Virus record (IMG/VR): IMGVR_UViG_3300021958_000057
Span: 1,103-65,102 of that record
Strand: one strand, 5' to 3'
Origin: a virus
Lineage: Duplodnaviria; Caudoviricetes
Length of the DNA: 64,000 nt
The position numbers and the translations under genes are program-made. Of the stretch, positions 62,914 through 64,000 are shown one piece after another (position 1 is the stretch's first letter; every line of letters starts with the position of its first letter). Under the pieces are notes generated by a model that did no database searches, was not told the origin of the DNA, and worked only from the letters and a program-made list of their open reading frames with translations.

Positions 62914-63106
62914 CTGGTTTGGTAGGCCAAGAAAATCCAGCATCATTTATACTCGTATATGATTTCGTGATATCTCTTAGACTTTGCCTGTAAGTTTTCA
63001 TGTTGTCTGATAATGTATTGTCTGACAAGGCAAGGTGATCTGTTTCCTCTAGTTTTGTGTTTCTTTGATTTCTCAATATTTGAATATCTGAAATAACTTC
63101 AGCCAT
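62906..63106 (-). CDS. Minimal tail-fibre assembly chaperone
   Basis: LRNQRNTKLEETD...YRQSLRDIT...WPTKP. Confidence 0.75.
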   Translation of the reverse strand: MAEVISDIQILRNQRNTKLEETDHLALSDNTLSDNMKTYRQSLRDITKSYTSINDAGFSWPTKPDA

Positions 63107-63121
63107 TATATACTCCTATTT

Positions 63122-63886
63122 TTAAGTTCCAAATCCAACTGCAAGAACACCAGTTGCGATTATCCATTGAACACCAGCATTAAAAGGTCTAGTTTCTGTA
63201 CCCTTTCTTGGTGTACCATTACTATTCGTTGTATCGGTTTCTGGCACCCCAACATTTGTATCTGAACTAACTGCGTCACCATTATTACCATGTGTCATTC
63301 TTGAACCAGTTGCAGCTGCCTCATTTGTTTCACCTCTATTAAAAGCATGAAAGTGGGATTGAAATTGGTCGTTCTGAAATGTTCCAGTATTTGCTCTGTC
63401 ATATGCAACACTTATTGCATTAGTTGAACTTCCATGAACACCAAATCCTCTTAGAAAAGCAGCCCTTAAATCTGGTACTGCAAAAGTTGTTGCACCATCA
63501 CCAGCACCCCAAGTTGTTCCTATTGCCTGAAATAATAAAGGATAGTCAGCTCTATTATAGGTAGCACCATTACATGGAAACCAACCATTTGGTGATGCAC
63601 CTAAACCACCGAAAGCCATAATAGTTCCAGCAGGAGCCGCACCTAATTGTGATATGATGCCTGGTCTACTAAGAACAAAAGATGCATCATCACTTCCAGT
63701 TTCATAAAGAAAATCTACACCCTCATTTGTACTGGCTGCAGTAGCATCAAGTAATAAATTATCTCCAGCATCAGTTGATGAACCATCAGAGCCATCTAAA
63801 ATAATTCTGTCAATAACATCAATGTAACCATCGCTATTAATAACTCCGTTACCTATGGTGTTCGCTAAATTTCTTGCATTACTCAT
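63122..63886 (-). CDS. Tail-fibre protein with a phage tail-collar domain
   Basis: PAGTIMAF...GWFPCNG...YPLLFQAIG..WG.GDG.TTF.VPDLR..F.RG, and a C-terminal ETRPFNAGVQWII. Confidence 0.85.
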   Translation of the reverse strand: MSNARNLANTIGNGVINSDGYIDVIDRIILDGSDGSSTDAGDNLLLDATAASTNEGVDFLYETGSDDASFVLSRPGIISQLGAAPAGTIMAFGGLGASPNGWFPCNGATYNRADYPLLFQAIGTTWGAGDGATTFAVPDLRAAFLRGFGVHGSSTNAISVAYDRANTGTFQNDQFQSHFHAFNRGETNEAAATGSRMTHGNNGDAVSSDTNVGVPETDTTNSNGTPRKGTETRPFNAGVQWIIATGVLAVGFGT

Positions 63887-63904
63887 GTTTATTTCCTTTT
63901 ACTT

Positions 63905-63912
63905 TATTTATA
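63905..63912 (-). promoter_or_regulatory. T4-type late promoter
   Basis: Exact TATAAATA, then an AAGGA SD. Confidence 0.8.
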
Positions 63913-63919
63913 AGGTTTA

Positions 63920-64000
63920 CTATCCCAAAGCAATACTTAATGCAGTCGCATCATCAGCCGCTGCCGTTGCAGTTGTTTTTGTATCCAATTGTGTTTGTAT
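63920..64000 (-). CDS. C-terminal end of a probable tail-fibre-related protein (partial)
   Basis: ...IQTQLDTKTTATAAADDATALSIALG*; a 'TAL.IALG' ending recurs in marine T4-like tail proteins. Confidence 0.5.
   Translation of the reverse strand: MQTQLDTKTTATAAADDATALSIALG

Noticed and set aside
1-64000. tRNA/rRNA genes, CRISPR arrays, introns/inteins, integrase, stop-codon recoding
   Set aside because: Intergenic gaps are short and explained by promoters or terminators; gp43, gp17 and nrdJ are uninterrupted and of normal length; core genes read through under the standard code using TAA, TAG and TGA stops.

Overview
A 64-kb segment of a lytic T4-like myovirus, AT-rich (roughly one-third GC by eye), with gene content like uncultured marine cyanophage/pelagiphage relatives. 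Nearly all genes are on the minus strand. In transcription order (right to left): two tail-fibre/chaperone cassettes with embedded 2OG-Fe(II) oxygenases; neck, terminase, sheath, tube, portal, prohead and capsid genes (gp13-gp23, gp3); uvsY/uvsW; gp55, gp47, gp46; an orphan beta-class DNA methyltransferase; a CobT-like vWA/CobS-like AAA+ pair; hsp20; gp45, gp44, gp62, regA; a RimK-like ligase; and gp43. After gp43 comes an AT-rich accessory cassette (DruA/DUF4338-like, ParB-like, GT-B glycosyltransferase, two 2OG oxygenases). Next is a ~15-kb late region whose proteins carry T4-style capsid-targeting N-termini, including a nuclease-like protein, a KxDG ligase-like protein, two large modular polyproteins (one led by a HIGH nucleotidyltransferase) and a HAD phosphatase. 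The window ends with a spanin-type lysis cluster, gp61 primase and a class II (B12-dependent) ribonucleotide reductase. Many sigma70 (TTGACA-17-TAnnnT) and T4 late (TATAAATA) promoters are readable. Top leads: (1) a putative virion-packaged, protease-processed polyprotein/enzyme payload; (2) a candidate DNA/host-modification cassette behind gp43; (3) a ROSE-like RNA thermometer on the phage hsp20; (4) an antisense sigma70 promoter with an operator-like palindrome; (5) IHF-consensus sites at early promoters. All family calls come from motif recognition by eye; no database search was run. No tRNA, rRNA, CRISPR array, integrase or intron/intein was seen.
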